Part shown: positions 19,057 through 30,584 of the stretch, piece by piece
How positions within the stretch are numbered: position 1 is the stretch's first letter
Layout: every line of letters begins with the position of its first letter
From: Escherichia coli
Lineage (GTDB): Bacteria; Pseudomonadota; Gammaproteobacteria; Enterobacterales; Enterobacteriaceae
Reading direction: 5' to 3' (one strand)
NCBI RefSeq assembly: GCF_024223415.1
Contig: NZ_CP100500.1
DNA: 64,000 nucleotides
Program-made: the position numbers and the translations under genes
The notes under the pieces: generated by a model
Seen by the model: the letters and a program-made list of their open reading frames with translations, nothing else
The model's database searches: none
Told to the model about the DNA's origin: nothing

Positions 19057-22000
19057 ATGGCTTCGACAAATGCGCATCAAATAAAAAATAATGATCAAAA
19101 CTCTTTATGTGGTCTGGGTGACAAAATACGCCGCCTGACCGCCGGAGTTTGTTTATTTACACAATTTTTTTTCCCCGTCATGGCGACGGCACAAAATGTG
19201 GTACACGCTAAACCTCAGACGACAGTTTCATCAGCCCCCCCTCTACTAGAAAATAATACGGTGCCTTACACGCTTGGTGCGCTGGAATCAGCGCAAAGCG
19301 TTGCTGATCGATTCGGTATTTCACTGGAGGAGCTTCGTCGTCTTAATCAGTTCCGTACTTTTGCTCGCGGCTTTGATAACGTGCGCCAGGGTGAGGAACT
19401 GGATGTTCCGGCAACAACCTCGCAGAAAAGCCATGAGCAACAAAATGCCATACCGCCTGCGAATGGCGAAAACACGCTGGAGAATCAAATAGCCAGCACC
19501 TCGCAGCGAGTTGGCACTCTGCTTTCACAAGATATGAATAGTGAGCAGGCCAGCGGAATGGCGCGTGGTTGGGCGTCTTCAGAAGCCTCTGGCGCGATGA
19601 CTGATTGGTTAAATAACTTTGGCACGGCGAAAATCTCTCTGGGTGTGGATGAAGATTTTAGCCTGAAAAATTCGCAATTCGACTTCCTGCATCCGTGGTA
19701 TGACACACCCGATTATCTGCTCTTCAGCCAGCATACCCTTCACCGAACAGACGATCGTACCCAGATCAACACCGGTTTGGGCTGGCGTCATTTCACCTCC
19801 AGCTGGATGTCAGGCATCAACCTGTTTTTTGACCACGACCTGAGCCGCTATCACTCCCGCGCGGGGCTTGGCGCAGAATACTGGCGTGATTATCTGAAGT
19901 TGAGCAGCAACGCTTATATTGGCCTGACCGGCTGGCGTAGCGCACCAGAATTGGATTATGACTTCGAAACCCGCCCGGCCAACGGTTGGGATTTACGCGC
20001 GGAAGGCTGGTTACCTGCCTGGCCACAACTGGGGGGAAAACTGGTCTATGAACAATACTATGGCGATGAAGTGGCGCTGTTTGACAAGAACGATCGCCAA
20101 AGTAATCCCCATGCTATTACCGCGGGCCTCAACTATACCCCCTTCCCGCTTCTGACTCTCAGTGCGGAACAGCGTCAGGGGAAGCAAGGTGAAAATGACA
20201 CACGTTTTGCCGTTGATCTGACCTGGCAACCCAGCAGTTCAATCCAGAAACAGCTTAACCCGGACGAAGTGGCCGGACGGCGCAGTCTGGCCGGTAGCCG
20301 TTATGACCTGATTGATCGCAACAACAACATCGTTCTGGAATACCGCAAGAAAGAGCTGATTCGCCTGAGTCTGCTGGATCCGGTGAAAGGGAAGTCTGGA
20401 GAAATAAAACCGCTGGTTTCCTCGCTACAGACCAAATATGCCCTTAAAGGCTATAACATCGAAGCCGCTGCGCTGGAAGCTGCCGGAGGTAAAGTCAGCA
20501 CTTCTGGAAAAGATATCACGGTCACGCTGCCAGGTTACCGCTTCACTAACACCCCAGAAACCGATAATACATGGTCGATAGACGTTACCGCCGAGGATGT
20601 AAAAGGTAACATGTCTCGGCATGAACAAAGCATGGTAGTTATTCAGGCTCCGACATTAAGCCAGAAAGATTCTCTATTATCCGTTAATCCGCTAACCGTG
20701 GCTGCAGATAAAAAATCGACGACCACATTGACCGTTACTGCGCACGATTCCGACGGAACTCCGGTGCCGGGGCTGGCGCTGCAAACCCGCAGTGAAGGCG
20801 TTCAGGATATCACCCTGTCTGACTGGACAGATAACGGTGATGGTAGTTACACACAGATACTGACCGCCGGAACGACATCAGGTTCAGTAACACTGATGCC
20901 GCAAATTAACGGTGAGAGTGCGGTAAAAGAATCCATCGTCGTTAATATCGTCCCTGTTGTCTCATCCCGCGATCATTCTTCAATAACAATTGATAACGTA
21001 TCGTATTATGCCGGAGACGACATCAAGGTTAGGGTGGAACTGAAAGACGAAAGTAATCAACCGGTTGCATATCAAAAAGAGGAATTGGTAAAAGCCGTTA
21101 CTGTCGAAAACAGCAAACCTGGCACCACGATTATCTGGCACGAAGAGCAGCCGGGGGTTTATACCGCGAATTATCCGGCCCATAAGCAAGGGACTGCACT
21201 AAGGGCACAACTTAGCCTTCACAACTGGAATGCTCCACTGCAATCGCATATTTATAACATTGAGGCAAACCAGAATAAGGCTCGCGTCGCCACATTATCA
21301 GCGACAAATAATGACGTTTACGCCGATAAAAAGACATTTAATACCCTCACTATCAACGTCACTGATGAGAGTGATAATCCCCTGATAAATCATCAGGTCA
21401 CCTTTAAGAATGAAAAAGGAAGCGCGGAATTTGTCGAACCGCCGCAGCAAAATACGGATGGATACGGTGTTGCCACAATCAACATGGTAAGTCAGGTTGC
21501 GGAAGAAAATACGATTAGCGCCACGCTGCCAAATGGTTTCTCACAACGGATAATTGCGAAATTCGTTAGCGATTCGAGTACGCCAAAATTCAAACAACTG
21601 GTTGCCGATCCAGATACCATTATTGCTGGCAACAGCCAGGGCAGTACTCTGACCGCCATCGTCACAGACTTTCATAACAACCCGTTAAAAGATATGAAAG
21701 TGAATTTTGTGGCACCTGGTGGCTCGCAACTGGACAACACGACCGCCACAACAGACCAGTCCGGTATTGTGCGGGTGCACCTGACCAGTTCAAAAGCTGG
21801 TAGCTATTCCGTCGATGCCTCGCTTGAGGTGGATAAAAATATTCACCAGTCGGTCACGATCACCGTGGTCCCAAACAGGGAACAATCGGTAATGACCTTG
21901 AATGCCGGGTCGGGCAGTGCGATCGCTAACAATACAAATATCGTTACCCTGACTGCCAGTGTGAAAGATGTTTATGGACACCCGTTGCCGGATGAGGATG

Positions 22001-24297
22001 TGAAATTTACCTTGCCAGCCTCCATGACCGGGAACTTCACGCTAAGTAGTGAAACCGCCCGCACCGATGCAAACGGTGATGCCGTGGTCACATTGCGAGG
22101 CACAAAAGCGGGTGAGTTTACAGTTACGGCGACGCTGACCAGAAATAATACCGTTGCTTATCAGCAAGTCACTTTTATTGGGGATACAAACAGTGCGCAG
22201 CTCCAGCCGCTGACTGCCTCATTAAATTCCATTGTTGCGGGTAACAGTACGGGGAGTACCCTGACGGCAACGATCCTGGACGCTTACCAAAATCCGCTTA
22301 AAGACCAGTTGGTCACTTTCCAGAGTAACGATGTCACTCTAAGCGAAACAGAAGTCACCACCAATACGCTGGGTCAGGCGACGGTAACAATGACCAGCAA
22401 TATTGCCGGACAACATAACGTCGTGGTGAGCCGGAAAGCGCAAGCTTCCGATAATAAAACGTTTAGTTTATCAGTGCTGCCGGATGAAAGTTCGGCGAAG
22501 GTAATAAGTATAACCGGAGCCGAAAAAACGATAACGGTTGGCGAAAACATCACGCTACGGATACTCGTCCAGGACGCGTTTAACAATGTAATAGCGGGTC
22601 AACGCGTCAGATTAAGTGCGCAGCCAACAGCTAACATTACGATAGGCGATACGGCTTACACCGATAATAACGGTTATGCGTACGTTAACCTTATTAGCAC
22701 CCAGCCTGGGGTTTATCAGGTGACGGCAACGCTGGACAATAACAGTAGTAGTAAGGTTGACGTGAATGTGGCAAATGGCAAACTCGAGTTAACATCATCG
22801 AAGCCAGAAACCACGGTCCATAACAGTGAAGGTATTACGCTGACCGCAACGGCGAGAAATGCGCAGGGTGAATTGATGCCAGGGCAAATTATCACCTTTA
22901 GCGTAACGCCTGAAGGTGCAACGCTAAGCAATACAGGGGAAGTCCTTACTGACCAGTCAGGTCAGGCCAAAGTGACGCTGACCAGTGACAAAGTGAATGT
23001 CTATACCGTTACGGCCATAATGGGCAAAGATGTTCCCGTTCAGAGCCAGGTAACGGTTGCGGTTAAGGCAGATGCTAAAACGGCACATGTTGTGAGCGTC
23101 GTGGCTTCTCCTGACACCATCACCGCCGACGGCATCGATAGCAGCACCATCACTTCACGAGTAGAAGATGATTACGGATTCCCGGTTGAAGGTGTCGATG
23201 TTAGTCATGGCTTAGACACCAAAGGCAGCCCGGTAGTTAATATTCCAACTACGCGTACCGATCAGTCCGGGCAAGTCACGGCGACAATAACCAGTACATT
23301 GGCAGAAACCTTAACAGTCAATGTGCAAGTTCCTGGTACAGCCAACCAATCCGCAACCATTACATTGGTTGCCGGCACGGCCGATGAAAGTAAGTCAATT
23401 TTGAAATCCGATGTTGACACTCTGAAGGCTGACTACCAGCAGAGCGCAAAACTTACGCTAACATTGCAAGACAAGTACGGTAACCCGATAGTGACGTCTG
23501 ATCATCTGGAATTTGTCCAGTCAGGCCCCTTCGTGAACTTTCTCAAGTTGAGCGATATTGATTACAGCCAAAGAAATTATGGCGAGTACACCGTGACTGT
23601 CACTGGCGGAAAAGAGGGAACAGCGACACTCATTCCCATGCTGAACGGGGTTCATCAGGCAAACTTAAGCATATCGCTGAATCTCATCCAATCGATAAAA
23701 GAAATGTCCGGTCATGTCACTGCAAACAACCATACCTTCTCCACGGCTAAATTCCCGAGCGAAGGCTTTGCAGGGGCGTATTACACACTCAACAATGATA
23801 ACTTTGAAGCGGGTAAAACCGTTGATGATTATATGTTTTCAAGTTCACAGAGTTGGGTGTCTGTCGATGCTTCAGGTAAGGTTTCTTTCGCAAATATCGG
23901 CGATCAAACGTCAGTCACAATAAGCGCTGTTCCCCGACAAGGAGGTACAACCTACCAGACCTTAATTAAGCTGAAAGGCTGGTGGGTGAATAATGGAAAT
24001 CATACCAATATCTGGCTAGCTGCCAATGCGCTCTGTCATGCTAAAAATGATGGATATAATCTTCCTGGCATCACACATTTGACGTCTGGTGAAAACAAAC
24101 GCACGCAGGGATCACTGTATGGTGAATGGGGGAACGTTGGAGCGTTTTCCAGTAATTCGCAATTTACACCGGGAGCTTACTGGACAAGTGAACCTGATGA
24201 TTACAGTCGGCACTACTATGTGCAGATGCTAACCGGTATGACCGGAAGCGACGCTGATTCCAGCCCCCAACTGACCGCCTGCCGTAAATCACTTTAA
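19057..24297 (+). CDS. Intimin/invasin-family inverse autotransporter adhesin (1746 aa): LysM, beta-barrel, about 12 Big_1 Ig-like repeats, C-type lectin-like tip
   Basis: N-terminal LysM-like segment (FGISLEELRRLNQFRT), intimin-type beta-barrel region, repeated roughly 100-aa units with TLTAT/VTAT and GxAxV motifs, Cys-containing C-terminal domain; GGAAGG RBS. Confidence 0.85.
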   Translation: MASTNAHQIKNNDQNSLCGLGDKIRRLTAGVCLFTQFFFPVMATAQNVVHAKPQTTVSSAPPLLENNTVPYTLGALESAQSVADRFGISLEELRRLNQFRTFARGFDNVRQGEELDVPATTSQKSHEQQNAIPPANGENTLENQIASTSQRVGTLLSQDMNSEQASGMARGWASSEASGAMTDWLNNFGTAKISLGVDEDFSLKNSQFDFLHPWYDTPDYLLFSQHTLHRTDDRTQINTGLGWRHFTSSWMSGINLFFDHDLSRYHSRAGLGAEYWRDYLKLSSNAYIGLTGWRSAPELDYDFETRPANGWDLRAEGWLPAWPQLGGKLVYEQYYGDEVALFDKNDRQSNPHAITAGLNYTPFPLLTLSAEQRQGKQGENDTRFAVDLTWQPSSSIQKQLNPDEVAGRRSLAGSRYDLIDRNNNIVLEYRKKELIRLSLLDPVKGKSGEIKPLVSSLQTKYALKGYNIEAAALEAAGGKVSTSGKDITVTLPGYRFTNTPETDNTWSIDVTAEDVKGNMSRHEQSMVVIQAPTLSQKDSLLSVNPLTVAADKKSTTTLTVTAHDSDGTPVPGLALQTRSEGVQDITLSDWTDNGDGSYTQILTAGTTSGSVTLMPQINGESAVKESIVVNIVPVVSSRDHSSITIDNVSYYAGDDIKVRVELKDESNQPVAYQKEELVKAVTVENSKPGTTIIWHEEQPGVYTANYPAHKQGTALRAQLSLHNWNAPLQSHIYNIEANQNKARVATLSATNNDVYADKKTFNTLTINVTDESDNPLINHQVTFKNEKGSAEFVEPPQQNTDGYGVATINMVSQVAEENTISATLPNGFSQRIIAKFVSDSSTPKFKQLVADPDTIIAGNSQGSTLTAIVTDFHNNPLKDMKVNFVAPGGSQLDNTTATTDQSGIVRVHLTSSKAGSYSVDASLEVDKNIHQSVTITVVPNREQSVMTLNAGSGSAIANNTNIVTLTASVKDVYGHPLPDEDVKFTLPASMTGNFTLSSETARTDANGDAVVTLRGTKAGEFTVTATLTRNNTVAYQQVTFIGDTNSAQLQPLTASLNSIVAGNSTGSTLTATILDAYQNPLKDQLVTFQSNDVTLSETEVTTNTLGQATVTMTSNIAGQHNVVVSRKAQASDNKTFSLSVLPDESSAKVISITGAEKTITVGENITLRILVQDAFNNVIAGQRVRLSAQPTANITIGDTAYTDNNGYAYVNLISTQPGVYQVTATLDNNSSSKVDVNVANGKLELTSSKPETTVHNSEGITLTATARNAQGELMPGQIITFSVTPEGATLSNTGEVLTDQSGQAKVTLTSDKVNVYTVTAIMGKDVPVQSQVTVAVKADAKTAHVVSVVASPDTITADGIDSSTITSRVEDDYGFPVEGVDVSHGLDTKGSPVVNIPTTRTDQSGQVTATITSTLAETLTVNVQVPGTANQSATITLVAGTADESKSILKSDVDTLKADYQQSAKLTLTLQDKYGNPIVTSDHLEFVQSGPFVNFLKLSDIDYSQRNYGEYTVTVTGGKEGTATLIPMLNGVHQANLSISLNLIQSIKEMSGHVTANNHTFSTAKFPSEGFAGAYYTLNNDNFEAGKTVDDYMFSSSQSWVSVDASGKVSFANIGDQTSVTISAVPRQGGTTYQTLIKLKGWWVNNGNHTNIWLAANALCHAKNDGYNLPGITHLTSGENKRTQGSLYGEWGNVGAFSSNSQFTPGAYWTSEPDDYSRHYYVQMLTGMTGSDADSSPQLTACRKSL

Positions 24298-24420
24298 TTT
24301 CAGCAGTTGTTATTAAAGGATACCCTTTTACGAGGGTATCCTTTCAGACTGATAACAAACGCTACATTGCCGGATGTGCTGCGCTTATCAGGCCTATATA
24401 GCCCCTGCAATATATTGAAT

Positions 24421-25005
24421 TTATTGTTTTTGTACCCCAGTCGGCATAAACGACCACTCAAGAAACTCAACAGCAACCGTTGATGTCAGCCAGACCCCGT
24501 TTTCCGCTTGCCAGAAAGGGATGCCTCGTTTCGCCATCTCCTGTGCTTTGACGGTTAAGATAACCGGCGATCCGTGTCTTGCTCCCACTTTGCGTGCCGT
24601 TGCTTCATCAGCAGAGAGATGCACGTAATGACGATCCCCTGCAATCAGCCCCTGTTTTTTTATCTCGTCAAGGAAACGGCTTGCCGTACCGTGGTAGAGA
24701 AACTGTGGCGGTGTTTTTTCGGCAAAGGAAATAGCGACCTGCGAAGTCGAATGCCCCTGAACCGCGCGGATGCACCTACCATCACTGGAATAACTAAAAC
24801 GCTTTTTATCGCTGGTGGCGACCACGGTATCCAGCAATGCACGGGTTAATCGCTTGCCCGCTTTTTGGGCACAAAGTATGAGCTTATCGATATCCGCCCA
24901 TCCTTCACGGTCCAGTACGATACCTATCGCCTCCGGTTTGTGTCGGAGGACAAAACTTAAAAACTTGCTCGTATCCGCCAGCTCTTTTTCGTTGTGCTTT
25001 GCCAT
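24421..25005 (-). CDS. kptA: RNA 2'-phosphotransferase KptA (Tpt1 family)
   Basis: ORF track 24421..25107; start moved to [25 protein letters not shown] at 25005 by comparison with Tpt1/KptA N-terminus; longer upstream frame probably not translated. Confidence 0.85.
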   Translation of the reverse strand: MAKHNEKELADTSKFLSFVLRHKPEAIGIVLDREGWADIDKLILCAQKAGKRLTRALLDTVVATSDKKRFSYSSDGRCIRAVQGHSTSQVAISFAEKTPPQFLYHGTASRFLDEIKKQGLIAGDRHYVHLSADEATARKVGARHGSPVILTVKAQEMAKRGIPFWQAENGVWLTSTVAVEFLEWSFMPTGVQKQ

Positions 25006-25242
25006 CTCGTTTTCGTCCCTGGATTTTCTGTTTTTATTTACCAATGTCATTGTCACTGGGTTTATGAATTTTCTGCAACTTAATCCTGCGCAGAACCTTT
25101 TCCACACAGCGTAATGTTTCCCCTATGCAAAAAACGCATAGCCAGAAACATACTTGCATTTTCCCCATACCCACATGGCTGATAAGGTTTTTCAGTTCCA
25201 GGAATTTTCCTGGCTCAAGCAACACACAAACACAAAAAAACA

Positions 25243-25938
25243 ATGGGGATTGTTATGACACAACAAGGGGATGCTGTAGCCGGGGAGCTGGCGACAGAAA
25301 AAGTGGGCATTAAAGGGTATCTGGCTTTTTTTCTCACCATAATCTTTTTTTCCGGTGTTTTTTCCGGAACAGACAGCTGGTGGCGCGTTTTTGATTTTTC
25401 CGTTCTGAACGGATCGTTTGGGCAACTGCCTGGTGCGAATGGAGCCACCACCTCATTTCGCGGGGCGGGTGGCGCGGGGGCTAAAGATGGCTTTCTCTTT
25501 GCGCTGGAGCTGGCACCGTCAGTCATTCTCTCTCTGGGGATTATTTCAATTACCGATGGTCTTGGTGGATTACGCGCCGCGCAGCAGTTAATGACACCTG
25601 TGCTAAAACCGTTGTTGGGCATTCCAGGGATCTGCTCGCTGGCGCTGATCGCTAACCTGCAAAACACGGATGCCGCCGCCGGTATGACCAAAGAGCTGGC
25701 GCAGGAAGGTGAAATTACCGAACGCGATAAAGTGATTTTCGCCGCATATCAAACCAGCGGTAGCGCCATCATCACCAACTACTTCTCTTCCGGCGTCGCG
25801 GTGTTCGCCTTTCTGGGCACGTCCGTAATCGTACCTTTAGCCGTCATCCTGGTGTTTAAATTTGTCGGAGCCAACATTTTGCGCGTCTGGCTTAATTTCG
25901 AAGAACGTCGCAACCCAACGCAAGGAGCGCAAGCATGA
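25243..25938 (+). CDS. yjiH: Inner membrane protein YjiH (nucleoside-transporter-like/SpmA-type)
   Basis: 231-aa hydrophobic ORF; 4-nt overlap with downstream yjiG; start could be 25255. Confidence 0.8.
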   Translation: MGIVMTQQGDAVAGELATEKVGIKGYLAFFLTIIFFSGVFSGTDSWWRVFDFSVLNGSFGQLPGANGATTSFRGAGGAGAKDGFLFALELAPSVILSLGIISITDGLGGLRAAQQLMTPVLKPLLGIPGICSLALIANLQNTDAAAGMTKELAQEGEITERDKVIFAAYQTSGSAIITNYFSSGVAVFAFLGTSVIVPLAVILVFKFVGANILRVWLNFEERRNPTQGAQA

Positions 25939-26396
25939 CAACTCAGGTCCGCAAAAACGTCATGGATATGTTTATCGATGGCGCGCGCCGTGGCTTTACT
26001 ATCGCCACGACCAACCTGCTGCCAAACGTGGTGATGGCGTTTGTCATCATTCAGGCGCTGAAAATAACCGGCCTGCTCGACTGGGTGGGGCATATCTGTG
26101 AACCCGTAATGGCGCTGTGGGGATTACCCGGTGAAGCGGCAACCGTCCTTTTAGACGCATTAATGAGTATGGGCGGCGCAGTCGGTGTCGCCGCCAGTCT
26201 GGCAACCGCTGGCGCATTAACCGGCCACGATGTCACCGTTTTACTGCCCGCAATGTATTTAATGGGCAACCCGGTGCAAAATGTCGGTCGCTGCCTGGGG
26301 ACAGCCGAAGTGAATGCCAAATATTACCCGCATATCATTACGGTCTGCGTGATTAACGCATTGCTGTCGATCTGGGTTATGCAGCTTATTGTTTAA
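25935..26396 (+). CDS. yjiG: Inner membrane protein YjiG (SpmB-like)
   Basis: 153-aa hydrophobic ORF, ATGA overlap with yjiH. Confidence 0.85.
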   Translation: MTTQVRKNVMDMFIDGARRGFTIATTNLLPNVVMAFVIIQALKITGLLDWVGHICEPVMALWGLPGEAATVLLDALMSMGGAVGVAASLATAGALTGHDVTVLLPAMYLMGNPVQNVGRCLGTAEVNAKYYPHIITVCVINALLSIWVMQLIV

Positions 26397-26408
26397 CAAG
26401 GAGTTACC

Positions 26409-27581
26409 ATGATTGATTATACCGCAGCCGGTTTTACCCTGCTGCAGGGAGCGCATTTGTATGCGCCGGAAGATCGGGGAATTTGCGATGTCCTCGTCGC
26501 TAACGGAAAAATTATCGCCGTTGCCAGCAATATCCCTTCTGACATTGTACCGAACTGCACGGTTGTCGATCTCAGTGGGCAGATCCTCTGCCCAGGTTTT
26601 ATTGATCAACACGTCCATTTGATTGGCGGTGGCGGCGAAGCAGGTCCCACGACGCGCACGCCGGAAGTGGCGCTAAGTCGCCTGACGGAAGCGGGCGTCA
26701 CGTCAGTGGTTGGTCTGCTGGGCACCGACTCTATCTCTCGCCACCCGGAATCCCTGCTCGCCAAGACCCGTGCGCTCAATGAAGAAGGCATCAGCGCCTG
26801 GATGCTGACCGGCGCTTATCATGTCCCTTCCCGCACTATTACGGGTTCCGTGGAAAAAGACGTGGCGATTATCGATCGTGTGATTGGCGTGAAATGCGCC
26901 ATCTCTGATCACCGTTCTGCCGCACCGGACGTTTATCACCTGGCTAATATGGCGGCAGAATCCCGCGTTGGCGGTTTGCTCGGCAGTAAACCTGGCGTCA
27001 CCGTGTTCCACATGGGCGACAGTAAAAAGGCGTTACAGCCTATCTATGACCTGCTGGAAAACTGCGATGTGCCGATCAGCAAGCTGCTGCCGACCCACGT
27101 TAACCGCAACGTACCGTTGTTTGAGCAGGCGCTGGAGTTCGCGCGCAAAGGCGGCACCATCGATATCACCAGCAGCATTGACGAACCGGTCGCCCCTGCC
27201 GAAGGTATTGCCCGCGCCGTTCAGGCGGGTATTCCGCTGGCACGCGTCACCCTCAGCTCCGACGGCAACGGTAGCCAGCCGTTCTTCGATGATGAAGGGA
27301 ATTTAACCCATATCGGCGTTGCAGGTTTTGAAACGTTGCTGGAAACCGTGCAGGTGCTGGTTAAAGACTATGATTTCAGTATCAGCGATGCCCTGCGCCC
27401 GCTCACCAGTAGCGTAGCCGGTTTCCTTAACCTGAGCGGGAAAGGCGAAATTCTGCCAGGCAATGACGCAGACTTACTGGTCATGACGCCAGAATTGCGC
27501 ATTGAGCAGGTATACGCTCGCGGCAAACTGATGGTCAAAGACGGCAAAGCCTGCGTGAAAGGAACGTTTGAAACGGCATAA
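26409..27581 (+). CDS. iadA: Isoaspartyl dipeptidase IadA (amidohydrolase superfamily)
   Basis: 390 aa; metal-binding HVHLIGGGGE motif; synteny with yjiG/hypT. Confidence 0.9.
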   Translation: MIDYTAAGFTLLQGAHLYAPEDRGICDVLVANGKIIAVASNIPSDIVPNCTVVDLSGQILCPGFIDQHVHLIGGGGEAGPTTRTPEVALSRLTEAGVTSVVGLLGTDSISRHPESLLAKTRALNEEGISAWMLTGAYHVPSRTITGSVEKDVAIIDRVIGVKCAISDHRSAAPDVYHLANMAAESRVGGLLGSKPGVTVFHMGDSKKALQPIYDLLENCDVPISKLLPTHVNRNVPLFEQALEFARKGGTIDITSSIDEPVAPAEGIARAVQAGIPLARVTLSSDGNGSQPFFDDEGNLTHIGVAGFETLLETVQVLVKDYDFSISDALRPLTSSVAGFLNLSGKGEILPGNDADLLVMTPELRIEQVYARGKLMVKDGKACVKGTFETA

Positions 27582-27645
27582 ACGGTTGTCAGCCGCCCGA
27601 ATGGACGTAGAATGCCCGCAAGGGCGGCTGACAGAGTAAAACGTA

Positions 27646-28557
27646 ATGGATGACTGTGGTGCGGTTTTGCATAATATTGAAACCAAATGGCTTTATGATT
27701 TTCTGACTCTGGAAAAATGCCGCAATTTTTCCCAGGCGGCAGTCAGTCGCAACGTCTCGCAACCGGCATTCAGCCGCCGCATCCGTGCACTGGAACAGGC
27801 GATTGGCGTTGAATTGTTTAACCGCCAGGTGACGCCGCTGCAACTCTCAGAACAAGGGAAAATCTTCCATTCGCAGATCCGCCATCTGTTGCAACAGTTA
27901 GAAAGTAACCTTGCAGAGCTGCGTGGCGGCAGCGATTACGCGCAACGTAAAATCAAGATAGCCGCTGCACACTCTCTTTCCCTCGGTCTGTTACCGTCCA
28001 TTATCAGCCAGATGCCGCCGCTCTTTACCTGGGCGATTGAAGCTATTGATGTCGATGAAGCAGTCGATAAACTGCGCGAAGGGCAAAGTGACTGTATTTT
28101 TTCCTTTCACGACGAAGATTTGCTGGAAGCGCCGTTTGACCACATTCGCTTATTTGAATCTCAATTGTTCCCCGTTTGCGCCAGTGACGAACACGGAGAA
28201 GCACTTTTTAACCTCGCGCAGCCACACTTTCCGTTACTGAATTACAGCCGCAACTCCTACATGGGGCGATTGATTAATCGCACCCTGACGCGCCACAGTG
28301 AGTTAAGTTTCAGCACCTTTTTTGTCTCTTCGATGAGCGAGCTTTTAAAGCAGGTTGCCCTCGACGGCTGTGGGATTGCCTGGCTGCCGGAATACGCCAT
28401 CCAACAAGAAATTCGCAGCGGGCAGCTCGTTGTACTGAATCGGGACGAACTGGTGATCCCGATTCAGGCCTATGCATACCGAATGAATACCCGCATGAAT
28501 CCTGTTGCCGAACGCTTCTGGCGTGAACTGCGCGAGCTGGAGATTGTGCTTAGCTGA
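27646..28557 (+). CDS. hypT: LysR-type transcriptional regulator HypT (YjiE), hypochlorite-responsive
   Basis: 303 aa; N-terminal LysR HTH ([29 protein letters not shown]). Confidence 0.9.
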   Translation: MDDCGAVLHNIETKWLYDFLTLEKCRNFSQAAVSRNVSQPAFSRRIRALEQAIGVELFNRQVTPLQLSEQGKIFHSQIRHLLQQLESNLAELRGGSDYAQRKIKIAAAHSLSLGLLPSIISQMPPLFTWAIEAIDVDEAVDKLREGQSDCIFSFHDEDLLEAPFDHIRLFESQLFPVCASDEHGEALFNLAQPHFPLLNYSRNSYMGRLINRTLTRHSELSFSTFFVSSMSELLKQVALDGCGIAWLPEYAIQQEIRSGQLVVLNRDELVIPIQAYAYRMNTRMNPVAERFWRELRELEIVLS

Positions 28558-28942
28558 CATTCTCCAGCGTCGCACTGCGCCAACCGCCATTATCCCAGAC
28601 CAGATCAAACGTTAGCGGTTCATCGTCGTGGTACAGCATTATCTCAAGGCTGATCGCCAGAGTGTGGCAGTACGCTTCTTTCAAATTAACCTGCAACGCC
28701 GCAATCCGTGGCTCATGAAATAACAGTGCAGAACGCAGCTGACGGCAATACCAGCTCTGGAGATGTTTGTCGCTCGGGTTATGCACTTGCCACTCGGGCA
28801 TGCCTGAAACAAGTAATGACGGTAATGCCGAATGAGGAGAATTAAAAAGAGTGAGGAGATCGCTGCATACCGATTTACGCAGCAATGACGTTTTATTGCC
28901 TGAAATTTCAGGTAAAACAGCCTGAAGTGATTGGCGCATCAT
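28550..28942 (-). CDS. iraD: Anti-adaptor protein IraD (RssB inhibitor)
   Basis: ORF track 28550..28951; start at [15 protein letters not shown] (28942) by recollection of K-12 IraD, about 130 aa. Confidence 0.8.
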   Translation of the reverse strand: MMRQSLQAVLPEISGNKTSLLRKSVCSDLLTLFNSPHSALPSLLVSGMPEWQVHNPSDKHLQSWYCRQLRSALLFHEPRIAALQVNLKEAYCHTLAISLEIMLYHDDEPLTFDLVWDNGGWRSATLENVS

Positions 28943-29613
28943 TTTGCGCACTCCTGACGTTTAGCAACATATGCGGCTTGCCCTGAACACCGGGCACCAC
29001 TGTATTGATGCTCATTTTCCATAGCCATTCCCTTTTGTTCATTACATCCATGTCAGTCTGAGACAGGCCTGAATCCTGTCAGCAAAGTATAAAACCTTAC
29101 TTGCCTATGAATATCTACTGACTTTTCAGGAAAAAAGTCATGATTTGATAAAAATCATCAAACTCAAAAAAAAACCGCTAGTATATTCTGAATATTCCGA
29201 ATAGTTACGTAGATGAAAATACTTGTCACCGCTGCTACTTAATTCCGGTGGGAAATTATTTATTTCCGCATAATCAGCCATGTATTATTTGAAACAATTA
29301 GTTTGTAAATAATATAAATTGATAACATATCAAATACATCAAAAATAACATTCACAGGCATTATTAATATAGACCTCAATATAGCAACATCAAATTCCAA
29401 TTAGTAATAAGATATGCTTTTAAATTGCATGAAAATAATTTCAAATGAGCGTTTTTTGATACTTTAGAGTGTTTCCTACCCTTTAATATCACCGTGTAGA
29501 GTTGATATCACTACAACAGAAACATGCATGTCATTTTTTTACTTCTTTTTTACTACAGAAAAATTTATCTATTTTTCTAAACATCAGTGAAATACTCATA
29601 AAAGGTAACTATT

Positions 29614-30444
29614 ATGTCTATGCCATTAAGCAATGCCCTTCAGAGTCAAATTATTACAGATAATCACTTCCTTCATCACCCAAAAGTCGACAATGAGTTA
29701 ACACGTAAATATGAACGAGCACGCCTGGATACGGAAAATATCTATCTTCTGCCTCTTGCTCGTGGCAATAACCATAATTACGATGGAAAAAGCGTTGTCG
29801 AAATTAGAAAACTTGATATTAGTAAAGAGTCCTGGCCATTTAATTATGTGACAGAAGCATGCAGAGAATCCGATGGTATTACAACAACAGGACGTATGCT
29901 CTATCGAAACTTGAAAATCACCTCAGCTTTAGACGAAATATATGGTGGCATATGTAAAAAGGCGCATGCTGCTACAGAATTAGCAGAAGGTTTACGGCTA
30001 AACTTATTTATGAAGAGCCCTTTCGATCCTGTTGAGGACTATACAGTTCATGAAATAACATTAGGCCCTGGTTGCAATGTTCCTGGTTATGCCGGAACCA
30101 CGATAGGATATATTTCAACCCTTCCAGCTTCTCAGGCAAAAAGATGGACCAATGAGCAGCCAAGAATTGATATCTATATTGATCAGATAATAACTGTCTC
30201 AGGGGTAGCAAATTCTTCCGGATTCGCCCTTGCCGCATTACTTAATGCTAATATTGAGATGGGAAATGACCCAATCATTGGTATAGAAGCCTATCCTGGT
30301 ACCGCGGAGAACCATGCAAAAATGGGATATAACGTTATCCCCGGTGATGAAGATGCGCCACTCAAACGCATGACTCTGCAACCGTCATCTCTTCCAGAAC
30401 TGTTTGAATTAAAAAATGGTGAATGGAATTATATTGGTAAATAG
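29614..30444 (+). CDS. yjiC: Uncharacterised protein YjiC
   Basis: 276-aa ORF downstream of a roughly 600-bp strongly AT-rich leader; synteny. Confidence 0.8.
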   Translation: MSMPLSNALQSQIITDNHFLHHPKVDNELTRKYERARLDTENIYLLPLARGNNHNYDGKSVVEIRKLDISKESWPFNYVTEACRESDGITTTGRMLYRNLKITSALDEIYGGICKKAHAATELAEGLRLNLFMKSPFDPVEDYTVHEITLGPGCNVPGYAGTTIGYISTLPASQAKRWTNEQPRIDIYIDQIITVSGVANSSGFALAALLNANIEMGNDPIIGIEAYPGTAENHAKMGYNVIPGDEDAPLKRMTLQPSSLPELFELKNGEWNYIGK

Positions 30445-30584
30445 CCACTGAGAAGAATGAGTACTAATATTCAGGTTATACAGATATTTAAACAATACCC
30501 TGCAATTTACAAAGTAATACTCATTGCGACTTCTTAATTTAAGAAAGCGCAAGGAACGTTTACCCTTGCGCTTATTATAATAAG

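Noticed and set aside
24976-25107. N-terminal 34-codon extension of kptA in the ORF track (start at 25107)
   Set aside because: Tpt1/KptA homologues begin at the [15 protein letters not shown] motif; the upstream extension overlaps the promoter region and is probably untranslated.
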